A stretch of 64,000 nt of DNA from assembly GCF_009914755.1 (NCBI RefSeq), contig NC_060935.1; one strand, written 5' to 3'. Below the pieces are notes generated by a model, which was not told where the DNA came from, did no database searches, and saw nothing but the letters and a program-made list of their open reading frames with translations. Position numbers and translations under genes: made by a program. Positions within the stretch are counted from its first letter, which is position 1. The number at the start of each line of letters is the position of its first letter. The stretch comes from the human T2T-CHM13v2.0 reference genome, Homo sapiens. Of the stretch, positions 1-20,062 are shown in pieces.

Positions 1-2
1 AT

Positions 3-509
3 GGAACCAAGTTGGAAAACACTCTGCAGGATATTATCCAGGAGAACTTCCCCAATCTAGCAAGGCAGGCCAACGTTCAGATTCAGGAAATACAGAGAAC
101 GCCACAAAGATACTCCTCGAGAAAAGCAACTCCAAGACACATAATTGTGAGATTCACCAAAGTTGAAATGAAGGAAAAAATGTTAAGGGCAGCCAGAGAG
201 AAAGGTTGGGTAACCCTCAAAGGGAAGCTCATCAGACTAACAGTGGATCTCTCGGCAGAAACCCTACAAGCCAGAAGAGAGTGGGGGCCAATATTCAACA
301 TTCTGAAAGAAAAGAATTTTCAACCCAGAATTTCATATCCAGCCAAACTAAGCTTCATAAGTGAAGGAGAAATAAAATACTTTACAGACAAGCAAATGCT
401 GAGAGATTTTGTCACCACCAGGCCTGCCTTACAAGAGCTCCTGAAGGAAGCACTAAACATGGAAAGGAACAACTGGTACCAGCCGCTGCAAAATCATGCC
501 AAAATGTAA
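3..509 (+). CDS. L1 ORF1p, C-terminal part (5'-partial)
   Basis: REKG, ARR, YPAKLS motifs; ends YQPLQNHAKM*; frame open to the window edge. Confidence 0.93.
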   Translation, partial: GTKLENTLQDIIQENFPNLARQANVQIQEIQRTPQRYSSRKATPRHIIVRFTKVEMKEKMLRAAREKGWVTLKGKLIRLTVDLSAETLQARREWGPIFNILKEKNFQPRISYPAKLSFISEGEIKYFTDKQMLRDFVTTRPALQELLKEALNMERNNWYQPLQNHAKM

Positions 510-557
510 AGACCATCGAGACTAGGAAGAAACTGCATCAACTAACGAGCAAAATAA

Positions 558-4400
<3,843 letters not shown>

Positions 4401-5541
4401 ACAATGAGATCACATGGACACAGGAAGGGGAATATCACACTCTGGGAACTGTTATGGGGTGGAGGGAGGGGGGGAGGGATAGCATCGGGAGTTATACCTA
4501 ATGCTAGATGACGAGTTAGTGGGTGCAGCGCACCAGCATGGCACATGTATACATATGTAACTAACCTGCACAATGTGCACATGTACCCTAAAACTTAAAG
4601 TATAATAAAAAAAAAAGAAAAAGAAAAAGGCCATTAAAAAAAAAAAAGAAAAAAAAAGAAAGGAGATAAGCCAATAGTTTTCCAAGCTGACTTAGAAACT
4701 CGACAAAAAAAATGGGTATAACCTTACTGTTTGTCAGCATAACCTACCTTCTCTTATTATCTGTCAGTCTGAAATACTCCTCAATAATAAAAATGTCAAG
4801 ACTTGAAAAAAAAAAAAGAAAGAAATGATAAACTTTAAAATACCTCAGGGAATATAAAATAAAAGAAAGTGAACTAGAAGATTTTCTGTGTAAAACTATT
4901 ATGTACCCATAAAAATAGAAAATTAAAAAATTTAAAATTTTAAAAAAAGATGGTCCCAGTAAATAAGAGTTTAAAAAACAAAACACAACTGCATTCTGTT
5001 TACAAGAAACAGCTACACTAGTAACAAACAAATAGATTTAAGGCAAGAAGCATTGCTAAACGTATAATAGGGGACTTTCTATAATAAAAGGGTCGATTCA
5101 CAAGAGAAATATTACATTTCTAGGTTTGAATGCTCCTAATAACAACTCAAAGCCAAAAGGAAAAGCTAACTCAGCTGAATGAGTAGAGAAAGCTAAAATC
5201 ATCATAAGAAATTTTAGCACACATTTCTCAGCAACTGAAAGAATATGTAGACAGACCATAAAATTACAGAATTTTGAATACAATTGATAAAATTGACCTA
5301 AATGTCATATATAGAATGAACACTACACCAAATAACTACAATTATAATACTGTCAACTGACATTTTTAATTGACAGATAAAATTATATGTATTTATCATG
5401 TATAACATATTTTGAAGTACATATATGCATTGTGGAATGTTTACATCTAGCTAATTAACAAAGGCATTACCTCCCATAGTTATCACTTTTGCAGTGAGAA
5501 CACTTAACATTCACTATCTTTGCACTTTTAAGAATACAATA

Positions 5542-5846
5542 GCCATCATTCTCAGCAAACTAACACAGGAACAGAAAACCAAACACCTTATGTTCTCACT
5601 CATAAGTGAGAGTTGAACAATGAGAAGACATGGACACAGGGAAGGGAATATCACACACCAAGGCCTGTTGGGGGGTAGTGGGACAAGGGGAGGGAGAGCT
5701 TTAGAACAAATACCTAATGCGTGTGGGGCTTAAAACCTCGATGACAGGTTGATAAGTGCAGCAAACCACCATTGCACATGTATACCTGTGTAACCTGCAC
5801 GTCCTGCACATGTATCCCAGAACTTAAAGTAAAATAATAATAAAAA
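5542..5846 (+). mobile_element. 5'-truncated L1PA8-like 3' end nested in an antisense L1MA fragment (~5360-5925)
   Basis: L1 3' UTR and A tail; TSD aagaatacaata at 5530-5541 and 5847-5858. Confidence 0.85.
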
Positions 5847-6023
5847 AAGAATACAATATACTGTCATTAACTATGGGCACCCCACTGTACAACAGATCTC
5901 TTGAACTTATTCCTCCTATCTAACTAACTGATGGAAGTGATAAGACAATAGAATTACATCTTTAAAGTGCTCAAACAAAATAATGCCAACCCAGAATTCT
6001 AGGCCTGGTGAAAATGTTCTTCA

Positions 6024-8420
<2,397 letters not shown>

Positions 8421-8440
8421 GAAAAAGAGATAAAAGACAT

Positions 8441-8846
<406 letters not shown>

Positions 8847-9564
8847 TAACTGACAAGAAGTCAAGAAAAAATTTTCTTTTTAAAAGATAAAGAATATGAG
8901 GAAAGAATTTACAAAAAGGAAACTACAATGGCCAAACATACAATAATGCTCCAATTCACTAATAGTCAGGGAAATGTCAATTAATTTAACAATGAACTAA
9001 TATTTACATCACTAGACTGGCAAAAATTAATGAGTTATAATTTATGGCTGGTATTTATCACTGGTGAAAACAATGTTCTTGTATATCAGGACTAGAAGTG
9101 TGCAATGTCACTGCCATTTTGGGAAGCAAGGATACAACATTTACCTACCTGAATGATAAACAGACCTTTTAACCCAGATGTCTATCTCTACAGTAATTAA
9201 ACCACCTGTATATAATGGTATATGTACAACAATGCTATTGCAGCATTGTTCAGAGGGGTAAAACAAACAAACAAAAAAACACAGAAAAAAAGAGGAAATC
9301 AATCAGTTCCTGTCACAAAAGAATAAATGAATGATGACAAACTACACCATGAAATATTAAGTGGCCATTAAAAACCATGTGGCTCTAAAATAGCTCTTCA
9401 ATCTATAGTTAAAATATAGTAGACAAATAAGGCTTCAGGAGAGGATGTTAACCATATTAACCTTTGCAACCTAAGTATAAAGTAAAGCTCTCAGAAGACT
9501 GCAAACTTTAACTGGTAAGTGCAGGTCTGCAGCCTCTGGGCTACTGACAAGATGTGTATCTCTA

Positions 9565-9974
<410 letters not shown>

Positions 9975-10203
9975 TTATGTCTCTTTCGCTTTCTCTTTTA
10001 CTAAGCCAATAGTTTTCTTTTTTCCCTCTTTTTCTTTTCTATTTTTAGTTCTTTTTCCTGTTTCTTCACCTTCTTTCTTTCCCCTTCATTAGACCACCTT
10101 TTATATATGCATTTCTTTGCATTTTATGCATTTATAAAATGGACTATTTCCTACATATATAAATCAAAAATGTATTTTTATATGCCTTTCTCTAAAAAGA
10201 TAA

Positions 10204-10647
10204 TATGCTATGCTATGCTATGCTATGCTATCCCATGCTATGCTATGCTATGCTATCCTATGCTATGCTAGCTATGCTATGCTATGTTAGCTATCCTATG
10301 CTATCCTATGCTATGCTATGCTATGCTATGCTATCCTATGCTATCCTATGTTATGCTATGCTATGCTATCCTATGCTATGCTATCCTATGCTATGCTATG
10401 CTATCCTATGCTATGCTATGCTATCCTATACTATGCTATGCTATCCTATGGTATCCTATGCTATGCTATGCTATGCTATCCTATGCTGTGCTATGCTATG
10501 CTATGCTATGCTATGCTATGCTATGCTATGCTATGCTATGCTATGCAATGCAGTGCTATGCTATCCTATGCTGTGCTGTACTATGCTATGCTATCCTAGG
10601 CTATGCTATGCTATGCTATCCTATTCTATGCTATGCTATCCTATGCT
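10204..10647. repeat. Pentanucleotide tandem array (CTATG)n with CTATC variants, ~89 units
   Basis: Directly visible; produces the spurious MLCYA ORFs in all three frames. Confidence 0.98.
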
Positions 10648-10824
10648 TAAATAGATGCATACTCTGAAAATCCTTCACTGATTTGATTCCTAAGCATCAG
10701 ATACACTTGAGATATTTGGGGAAGCTTTTATTATCTGGGCATCACTATGTCATTATAATCAGGAAAACCGTTACTGTGCCAACATCATGACTCTTCATTT
10801 TTTTTTCTTCTTCTTCTATTACAG

Positions 10825-10935
10825 GGAATTTTGATTACATTGATGACTTTCAGCATTATTGAATTATTCATTTCTCTGCCTTTCTCAATTTTGGGGTGCC
10901 ACTCAGAGGATTGTGATTGTGAACAATGTTGTTGA
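10825..10935 (+). CDS. MS4A5: MS4A5 terminal coding exon (TM4 and Cys-rich tail)
   Basis: Polypyrimidine tract and acag| acceptor; reads GILITLMTFSIIELFISLPFSILGCHSEDCDCEQCC*, matching the recalled MS4A5 C-terminus; same GIL phase-0 junction as MS4A1 exon 7. Not in the ORF track. Confidence 0.93.
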   Translation, partial: GILITLMTFSIIELFISLPFSILGCHSEDCDCEQCC

Positions 10936-10948
10936 CTAGCACTGTGAG

Positions 10949-10954
10949 AATAAA
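10949..10954 (+). terminator. MS4A5: MS4A5 polyadenylation signal
   Basis: AATAAA starting 14 nt after the stop codon. Confidence 0.85.
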
Positions 10955-11439
10955 GATGTGTTAAAATATTATGTAGCAATGACTTCTGCTTGTAAGGGAA
11001 AGCCAAAGGACACATAGAATCTTAAGGCTGGGAACTCTTTGAAGCAAAGGGGAGTGGCTCAAGTGAAGGGGTTCTGGGGACATTTTGACTGATAAAGCAC
11101 ATTCTGCCTCTTGGCAATGCCATCTGCACCTCTCCCCAAATCAAATGGTCACCTTGGTGTTGTCACCTCTGTTAGTCATGCATTATTTCAACTAAAGGAC
11201 AGCAATGTGGTGTTGCAAAGATAGGAACCAAAGCCCAAGGCCTGGGGTGACCCAGTCATCTAACTTCTCTGGTTGATGACATCTCCTGTTGATTTCACTA
11301 AGAGACTCCACCCAGTGGCTCCTACTCCAGTGGTGTGTGGAAAGATGAGCTGGTTGGTGGAATGGTTTGGCCCATAAATTCTACATTAATGCTGCAAGAT
11401 CATCAATGTTAAAGAGCTGATCAACTAGAATACTAACAA

Positions 11440-11690
11440 TAGTAAAAATAATGAGGGCAAATATTGGTGGAACCACTACTATATTCCAGGCATCATTCTA
11501 AGTATTATATAGGTGTTACTCATTTAATCTCACAAAAGTCCTAGGAGGTGAATTGTATTATTATACCCATTTTACAGAAAAGGAAACTGAAGCACAGAGG
11601 GGGTAAGTAATTTGCTCAAGGTCATAAAGTTTGCAATGGCAGAGCCATAGTATCAACAGGCAGCCGGTTCCAGAATCCAAGGTCTTAATT
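11440..11690. mobile_element. MIR SINE
   Basis: Core cccattttacagaaaaggaaactgaagcacagag...gctcaaggtca. Confidence 0.75.
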
Positions 11691-12434
11691 CCAATGCCAA
11701 GCAAAGTTTGGAAGGAACTACTTTCCTCTGGATTCTCTTAGCAGCTTTTGCATTCAATCTGTTATGATATCTCGTGTTCTGTAGCCTATGGAGTATACTA
11801 CTGTAAACTTGTGAAAAGAGAAATAAGGTCTTAGTATTATTACAAAAATAGTTTTGAACTTATAGGGCACCTACAAAGGTCTCAAGGACCCCAGGAAATC
11901 CGAGACCACACTTTGAGAACCACTACCTTATATGGTATTGCCTCTCACTGGCTGAATACCTCCTAAGTATTAGAGGTCTCACCTGTATCATCTCACTTGT
12001 CCTGACAGCCCTCAGGGTAGATATGTCTTTTGTCATAGTCATAAAAATTGAAGCTCAAAGTGGTTAGCTTTTCTGAGAGCACAAAAGGAGCATGATTTAG
12101 AAAGAGGATTTGAGTCAAGTTCCCTAACTTCAAATCCCATTATCCTACGTTGTTTATGGTATAGAAAAAAAAAACTCAGCATACTCAAAAAATGAAGTAA
12201 CAGGCTTTCATTTCTGCTATTTGCTGGCAGCAGCTTAGGTTATAGGTGCATTTGTGAAGGTGAGGGATACAACATGGCAGGAAAAATAAGTAAGTTTTTT
12301 ACTTCAGCGAAGTTAGGTTATGATGAAAAATACTTGGCAACTGAATGATGTACAGATGTGTGAGGCTTGAGATATATTTGAGGGTGCAAAGTCTTGGGCT
12401 TTTAAGTCAACTAGGTTTAAATGTTGTCTTGAAG

Positions 12435-13110
12435 TCAAAAAATAGTAGATGCAAGTTGTGGAGAAAAGGGAATGCTTACACACTTCTGGGGGGAATGTAA
12501 ATTAGTTCTGCCACTGTAAAAAAAGCAGTTTGGCAATTTCTCAAAGAACTCAAAGCAAAATTACTATTCAACCCAGCAATCCCATTATTGGGTACATACC
12601 CAAAGGAATATAAATCGTTCTACCATAAACACATATGCACGTATATGTTCATTGCAGCACTATTTGCAATAGCAAAAACGTGGAATCAACCTAAATGCCC
12701 ATCAACAGCAGACTAGATAAAGAAAATGTGGTACATATACACCATGGAATACTACATAGCCATAGAAAAGAATGAGATAATGTCCTTTGCAGCAACATAG
12801 ATGAAGCTGGAGGCCAGTATTCTAAGCAAACTAACACAGCAACTGAAAAGAAAATACTGCATGTGTTCTCACTTATAAGTGGGAGCTAAACATTGAGTAC
12901 ATATGGACACAAAGAAGGGAACAACAGGCACTGGGGCCTACTTGAGGGTGGAGGATGGGAGGAGGGTGAGGATCAAAAAACTACTATTGGGTACTATGCT
13001 TATTACCTGGGTGACAAAGTAACCTGTATATCAAACCCCCGTGACATGCCACTTACCTATATAACACATCTGCACATGTACCCTGAACCTAAAATAAAAT
13101 TTAAAAAACA
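12435..13110 (+). mobile_element. L1PA13-16-like 3' end
   Basis: ORF2 C-terminal remnant plus 3' UTR ending gcacatgtaccctgaacctaaaataaaa. Confidence 0.85.
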
Positions 13111-13871
13111 AAGAAGAAATGTTAAAATTATTAGAAATAAAGATAGAAGACTTCTTTACAAAGTCAAGGTAGTAAAGAATTTCTTAAACAGATCCCAGAA
13201 CATGAATAGTACCAGCAAGAACTGATACAACCCATTTAGTCGTTATTAAGAATGTTACATAAGTGTGACGAGAGCAGCTACAAATCAAAGCCTTTTAGCA
13301 ACACAAATAACCAACAAAAATAATGGGATATAGAATATATAAAATCCTCCTATACATTAATAGAAAAATACAACTTGATGAAAACTTAGTCCAAAGCCAT
13401 GCACAGCCATTTCACAGGAGACAGAAACAAAGGTTAATATATGAAAAGCACTCAATTTCTTAAGCAATTGTGGAATGAAAGGAACTCTCCTACCACAATG
13501 GTATGAGTGTAAATGAAGACAACCACTTTAAAAACTATTCCCTAGTAAAGGTAAAGATACACATACTTTATAACCCAACAATTCCACTGCTAGTTAATAT
13601 ACGCAAGAGAAATCCTTGTACATGTGCAACATATGACACGTACGAATGTTTCCAGAGCAGGATTGCCTGCAATACCTCAAATGTCCATGGACAGAGAACA
13701 GATCAATTGTACCATGTTCCCTACTGGAGGACCACATATTGGTAAAAATAAATTACTTGAAGCAAATCAACAAAGATGAATTATACACATTTAATGTTGA
13801 GTAAAGAAAGCAAGTCACAAAAGAACATCTTATTAATTCTACCTAAATAATGATTAGAAAACACAAAAACT

Positions 13872-15545
13872 GCTCTCTCCCTCTCCCTCTCCCTCTCCCC
13901 GCAGTCTCCCTCTCATGCTGAGCCGAAGCTGGACTGTACTGCTGCCATCTCGGCTTACTGCAACCTCCCTGCCTGATTCTCCTGACTCAGCCTGCCGAGT
14001 GCCTGCGATTGCAGGCTCGCGCCGCCACGCCTGACTGGTTTTGGTGGAGACGGGGTTTCGCTGTGTTGGCCAGGCCAGTCTCCAGCCCCTAACCGCAAGT
14101 GATCCGCCAGCCTCGGCCTCCCGAGGTGCCGGGATTGCAGACGGAATCTCGTTCACTCAGTGCTCAATGGTGCCCAGGCTGGAGTGCAGTGGCGTGATCT
14201 CGGCTCGCTACAACCTCCACCTCCCAGCCGCCTGCCTTGGCCTCCCGAAGTGCCGAGATTGCAGCCTCTGCCCGGCTGCCACCCCGTCTGGGAAGTGAGG
14301 AGCGTCTCTGCCTGGCCGCCCATCGTCTGGGATGTGAGGAGCCCCTCTGCCTGGCTGCCCAGTCTGGAAAGTGAGGAGCGTCTCCGCCCGGACGCCATCC
14401 CATCTAGGAAGTGAGGAGCACCTCTTCCCAGCCGCCATCACATCTAGGAAGTGAGGAGCGTCTCTGCCCGGCCGCCCATCGTCTGAGATGTGGGAGCGCC
14501 TCTGCCCCGCCGACCCGTCTGGGATGTGAGGAGCACCTCTGCCCGGCCGCGACCCCGTCTGGGTGGTGAGGAGCATCTCTGCCCGGCCGCCCCATCTGAG
14601 AAGTGAGGAGCCCCTCCGCCCGGCAGCCGCCCCGTCTGAGAAGTGAGGAGCCTCTCCGCCCGGCAGCCACCCCGTCTGGGAAGTGAGGAGCGTCTCCCGG
14701 CAGCCGCCCCATCCGGGAGGGAGGTGGGGGGGTCAGCCCCCCGCCCAGCCAGCCGCCCCGTCCGGGAGGTGAGGGGCGCCTCTGCCCGGCCGCTCCTACT
14801 GGGAAGTGAGAAGCCCCTCTGCCCGGCCAGCCGCCCCATCCGGGAGGGAGGTGGGGGGGTCAGCCCCCCGCCAGGCCAGCCGCCCAGTCCGGGAGGGAGG
14901 TGGGGGGGTCAGCCCCCCGCCCGGCCAGCCGCCCCACCCGGGAGGTGAGGGGCGCCTCTGCCCAGCCGCCCCTACTGGGAAGTGAGGAGCCCCTCTGCCC
15001 GGCCACCACCCCGTCTGGGAGGTGTGCCCAACAGCTCATTGAGAACGGGCCAGGATGACAATGGCGGCTTTGTGGAATAGAAAGGCGGGAAAGGTGGGGA
15101 AAAGATTGAGAAATCGGATGGTTGCCGTGTCTGTGTAGAAAGAAGTAGACATGGGAGACTTTTCATTTTGTTCTGTACTAAGAAAACTTCTGCCTTGGGA
15201 TCCTGTTGATCTGTGACCTTACCCCCAACGCTGTGCTCTCTGAAACATGTGCTCTGTCCACTCAGGGTTCAATGGATTAAGGGCGGTGCAAGGTGTGCTT
15301 TGTTAAACAGATGCTTGAAGGCAGCATGCTCGTTAAGAGTCATCACCACTCCCTAATCTCAAGTACCCAGGGACACAAACACTGCGGAAGGCCGCGGGGT
15401 CCTCTGCCTAGGAAAACCAGAGACCTTTGTTCACTTGTTTATCTGCTGACCTTCCCTCCACTATTGTCCTATGACCCTGCCAAATCCCCCTCTGTGAGAA
15501 ACACCCAAGAATTATCAATAAAAAATAAATAAATTAAAAAAAAAA
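13872..15545 (+). mobile_element. Full-length SVA (SVA_D-like), 3.4 kb upstream of MS4A1 exon 1
   Basis: CCCTCT hexamers, Alu-like region, GC-rich VNTR, SINE-R, AATAAA and A tail; perfect 16-bp TSD agaaaacacaaaaact at 13856-13871/15546-15561. Confidence 0.97.
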
Positions 15546-18500
15546 AGAAAACACAAAAACTAAGCAATATGTCCGTGTGAAATGTAAGCATATGTGGAAA
15601 GTCAAAATACAATGAAAAGGAAGAGAGTGATAAACACCAAATTCAGCATAATTGTGAGCTCTGATAAAGAGGGTGGCTTGGGGAAGGATAACCTGAGAGC
15701 TTTCAAAGGTATCAGTGACACTCTTGTATCTCTAATCATGGCTGTGGGCACATGGTTTCTTGTCTCACTGTTATAAGTACTTTTTCATACATATTATTTA
15801 ATTTTTTGAGAAATATAATTGAGAAAGCAAAACAACATCTTATTTTCATTAAATTTTTTATCACATAATGATATTTTTATAGTCAACACCTGCAGAAAAA
15901 TGTTACCGTTACATATCAGTAACACTTCATCTCCAATGATAGCATATTTATTGGTACATAAGAGAAAAAACTCTTTTCAATAACTATGAGGTCATAATTG
16001 CATTTTTTTCTTCAGCTATATTCCCACGTCACAAAAGCAAAGGGAGTGATCCAGTAATCTGCACATGGGAGTACATCAGACATTTTTATATCTTAAAACG
16101 AATAATAATAAATGTTTTGCCATTTAAAGCTGTGTCACTTGAACAAATTAATCTTTGCGGGCTTAAAATTTTTAGACTAGAATGCAATAATAGTAATACC
16201 TACCTAATGGGTTTACTGTGAACCTTAAATGAAACATGGAAAGTGAGTTTATCAGTGCCTGGAACTTAAAAATCACTTAGTAAATGCTAGTTTTTGAAAT
16301 TTATAATTGAGATTTTCTTGCTCTAAACATCACTTATTTTACCATTTACCAGCTTTCCAACTTGGGAATGGCTTCCTCCATTTCCTGAAATTTAGTTTCC
16401 ACAATTATAAAACAGAATCAATATTATATGTGTGGTAAGGCTTATATGTGGACAATTCTTGACATAAAAGGAATTATTTAACTAATATTACCTTCCTAGC
16501 TGTTCCAAATGTATAGTCCCTTAGAAGAGAAAGAAGACCCTATCAACTATAAAGTTCTTAAGTATTTCAATTTACATTTTCCTTACTATGAATTATTTAT
16601 AAGTGCAACAATGGGATTTTCTGACCTGTAACCAAGTTCTATTTGCAATTAGATCTTTAGCCTCACCTCTGACGAGCCCTATGTCTCCCTTACCAATTCT
16701 TTGACACCAGAACCCTCCAACAGCAGATAATTCTGGGTGCCAGGGCCTTGCTGAGAAGTTGAGAACGTGGCATAATGTTACTTCCTAATATTGGAGAGCC
16801 TGGGGACAATCACCTGGGTGAAAGAAAAAGCCAAACAGAACCATTCCTTCTCAGCACTGCCAGGGACACAGCAATCACAAAAACTGACCCTGCCTTCAAG
16901 GGACAAGGAGACAATGGCTGATTAAGGCAAGGACACAAATAATTATGATGTAGCACACAGTTTTCATATAGAAGGCAATGATTAAAAAAATTGGAGTGCT
17001 GGGACGTGCAGAGAATAAAAAGGAAATTCACATCAGGAAAATACTAACTAAATAAAAGTTGGCATACTTTTATGCAGACTTTAAGATTGTCTTTTGGAAG
17101 CAAGGTCACTAGATAATGAAAATAGGCTTAATTCAAAGAGAAATATTTTAAATATGTTATCAACCTAATAAAATATTCTCAAACCTTGGGGGAAGAGTGA
17201 TGGTGATACATCAAATAAGATGCTATTGACAAGTCCAAATTGTAGTGAGAATTTCAACACACTCAAGCACTAAAATGTTGATCATTCAAATGAGCAAAGA
17301 CAAGGTAAATGTTTATGCATTCATACAAATTCAAATTCAAGTTTATTTGGGAAGAATCATACATAGAGCCACCTAAGTTATCTCATTGGCCACAAAGTAG
17401 CAAACAACCTGAGACTGACTGGGGAAATACAGGGCTCAAACAGAGAAAAGGATGCAAAAGACCAGGTTGTGCTGCCACAACTCAAGCCCCTTTGCTGCCA
17501 TACATTTGCCAAGTCCTGACCCTGTTCCCATGCCAACTAAAATGAAGGCACATGCCTCTAACCACCCCACCATCCAGGACTCAAACCTCAGGTTTCACAA
17601 TCATCCACAACTCAGACCCTAGGTAATTGTCCTCCCATCACCAATCACTCAAGCATTTCAGCAGATATGCATAGACCCTCAATTAGAATGTTAAATGGAT
17701 GATGGATCTTCTGTTCCCACTCTCCTTCACTCTACAGCATCTCTGAGAGGTGACTGCATGACTTTACTTGAGTATTCTTGAAGAAGTAAATTCTCTATTG
17801 AAATGGTAGCCAGTTCCCCTAATGAACGGCTCCAACAATTTTTTTTTTTAGAGTGGCATCTTTTTAAATATCACACCACAATCAGCCTCCCCAGAACTAC
17901 TTCTACCCAGTGGATCTAACCCTATGGTTCCAAACTATCTTAAATTTAAAAAGAGAGGCAGAAAGAGAAAGAGAGAAGAGATGAAAGAGAGAGACAGGAA
18001 TGAACCTCGAATTAGGCAACAGAGCTGCCTGCCATATTTCATCCCTTTAGATTAAATAAACAAATAATTACCTAACTATAGCTCTGTGTCTCTAATAAAA
18101 TGAAGCAATGAACAGGGAAATAAAAATGTAATTAAAAATCCCACATATGAACATAAAAGTTGAATATTGTAGGGGGAGAGAGAGGACATTATCTTTGGGC
18201 AAAACTTTGATTCACATCCCAAATATTTAGACTCTCCTGACACTACCAACTTCTTCCATTTCCCTACTTGATCTAGTACTGTGCTTGATGACCCTGCAGC
18301 TCCAGACTAGACTAAAAAGAGAGGGGACACAAGGGAACTTGACAGACAGAAGAAAAAGGTGGGTTCAGAGGTAAAAGTGCTATTTCAATTTATATTTCCA
18401 AATATGGAGGCTAATTCTTGCTTTGAGTGGCTGGGTACATGTACTATGGCACTAAAGTATAATTTTAGGCCATTTCTGCTAAATCTGACACAAGATATAT

Positions 18501-18758
18501 ACATGGTTCATAAGAAACTTAAGTGTGAGCCAATGAGGACAATATTTGGGGACCCCTAAGTATAGTGCTGCCAAGTGTACAGCCTCAGTGATTCTTGAAT
18601 CTCTGCATGGATGCCTCCTGCCCACCTACTCAGCCCTAAAAGTGAAGCCAGAAGGTAAAAGTCAGTGCTAACAGCCCATCTTTGACCAACTTCTAGAATC
18701 TTTCTTGTCCTCAGGGACCTACCATCCACACCTGCTTATAGGGTGGGGGCTGCAGAAG

Positions 18759-18934
18759 TTCTTCTAATTAAGGTAGCATGAGCATGCCAGGCAGTCCCCT
18801 GGGGTCTTTTTCAAGAAGTGAAACCTGGTAAGGCAGAAACTTTTTTTGCACCTCCTTCAGCTATGGTAAGTGTTAAACCAAAGTAATTGGAGCGAAGCCC
18901 AAGGTAGCAGAAGCTACTGATTTCCTGTCACCTG
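18759..18934 (+). promoter_or_regulatory. MS4A1: MS4A1 B-cell promoter: BAT box, EBF-like, PU.1/IRF composite, ETS and E-box motifs
   Basis: TTCTTCTAATTAA 18759-18771; TCCCCTGGGG 18795-18804; AGAAGTGAAA 18814-18823; TTTCCTG 18921-18927; CACCTG 18929-18934; no TATA. BAT, PU.1/IRF and E-box agree with the CD20 promoter as I recall it. Confidence 0.8.
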
Positions 18935-18936
18935 AT

Positions 18937-19073
18937 GTCTATCAGCGATTTCATCTTCAGGCCTGGACTACACCACTCACCCTCCCAGTGTGCTTGAGAA
19001 ACAAACTGCACCCACTGAACTCCGCAGCTAGCATCCAAATCAGCCCTTGAGATTTGAGGCCTTGGAGACTCAG
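18937..19073 (+). other. MS4A1: MS4A1 exon 1 (5' UTR; TSS approximate)
   Basis: Matches recalled CD20 mRNA leader; donor CAG|GTAAGG. Confidence 0.85.
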
Positions 19074-19885
19074 GTAAGGAATCAATTTGCTTTCTTTAAA
19101 TGACTTAAAGGAGGTGATGGATAAGGTATAGAATGGTTTTGAAGACTGGAGGTTCTTGATCTTAATTCTAGAGTTTCCCTAGTCAGACTTCCTAATAGTT
19201 CTATGACTTAAGGAGGGGTGACGATATCAAGGCTTGCTGCCCACTCACTCCTCTAATCAGTCTCCCTCTCAACAATTACCCTATGCAGTCAACTGTGAAT
19301 CATTCCACAAAAGTAGTAGATTGCAGCATATATATTAAATCATGGTTTCTAAACCATTGGGTTCAAACTGGAGCTCTACCACTAACAAACAATATAACCT
19401 TGGGCAAATTACTAAACCTCTAAAGCCTCAGCTTCCTCATCTATAAAATGGGGGCAATGGTACCCATTACATTAGGAAAATTGGAACTAAAATCCTGAAT
19501 CCCTTAGGACTTCCCAATACCAAATGAGAAAATAATCAGTCATAGGCATAATGAAAAAAACTCCATTTGTCTTCCTGTAAATGCTTTTGTCTACATTAAA
19601 TGTAAATATACCTAGAAGTATAGGTGGCTTTACAGGCTAACATTTTCTGGAGGGGATTTGTGGACACCAAGTTGAGCATGAAATCCTGCCTCAAATCTAT
19701 CACATGGGAAACCAAGAGTAAGAGGGGGCGCTGCAGATGTGGGGGAGCTCTAATGAAGGAAAACAAGGATTAATTTTAATCATGCCATTACTGTTTTCTG
19801 AATCCAGTATATAAGTGATTCCCTTTCCCTGTTTCCCATAAAATGGCTTAATCTCACTGAGAATCCGGTGGAAAGAAATGTTTAA

Positions 19886-20062
<177 letters not shown>

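Noticed and set aside
10205-10667. ORFs of repeating MLCYA
   Set aside because: Translation of a stop-free pentamer repeat inside an intron
13854-15532. Many Pro/Arg/Gly-rich ORFs here and at 53868-55571
   Set aside because: GC-rich SVA VNTR and hexamer sequence
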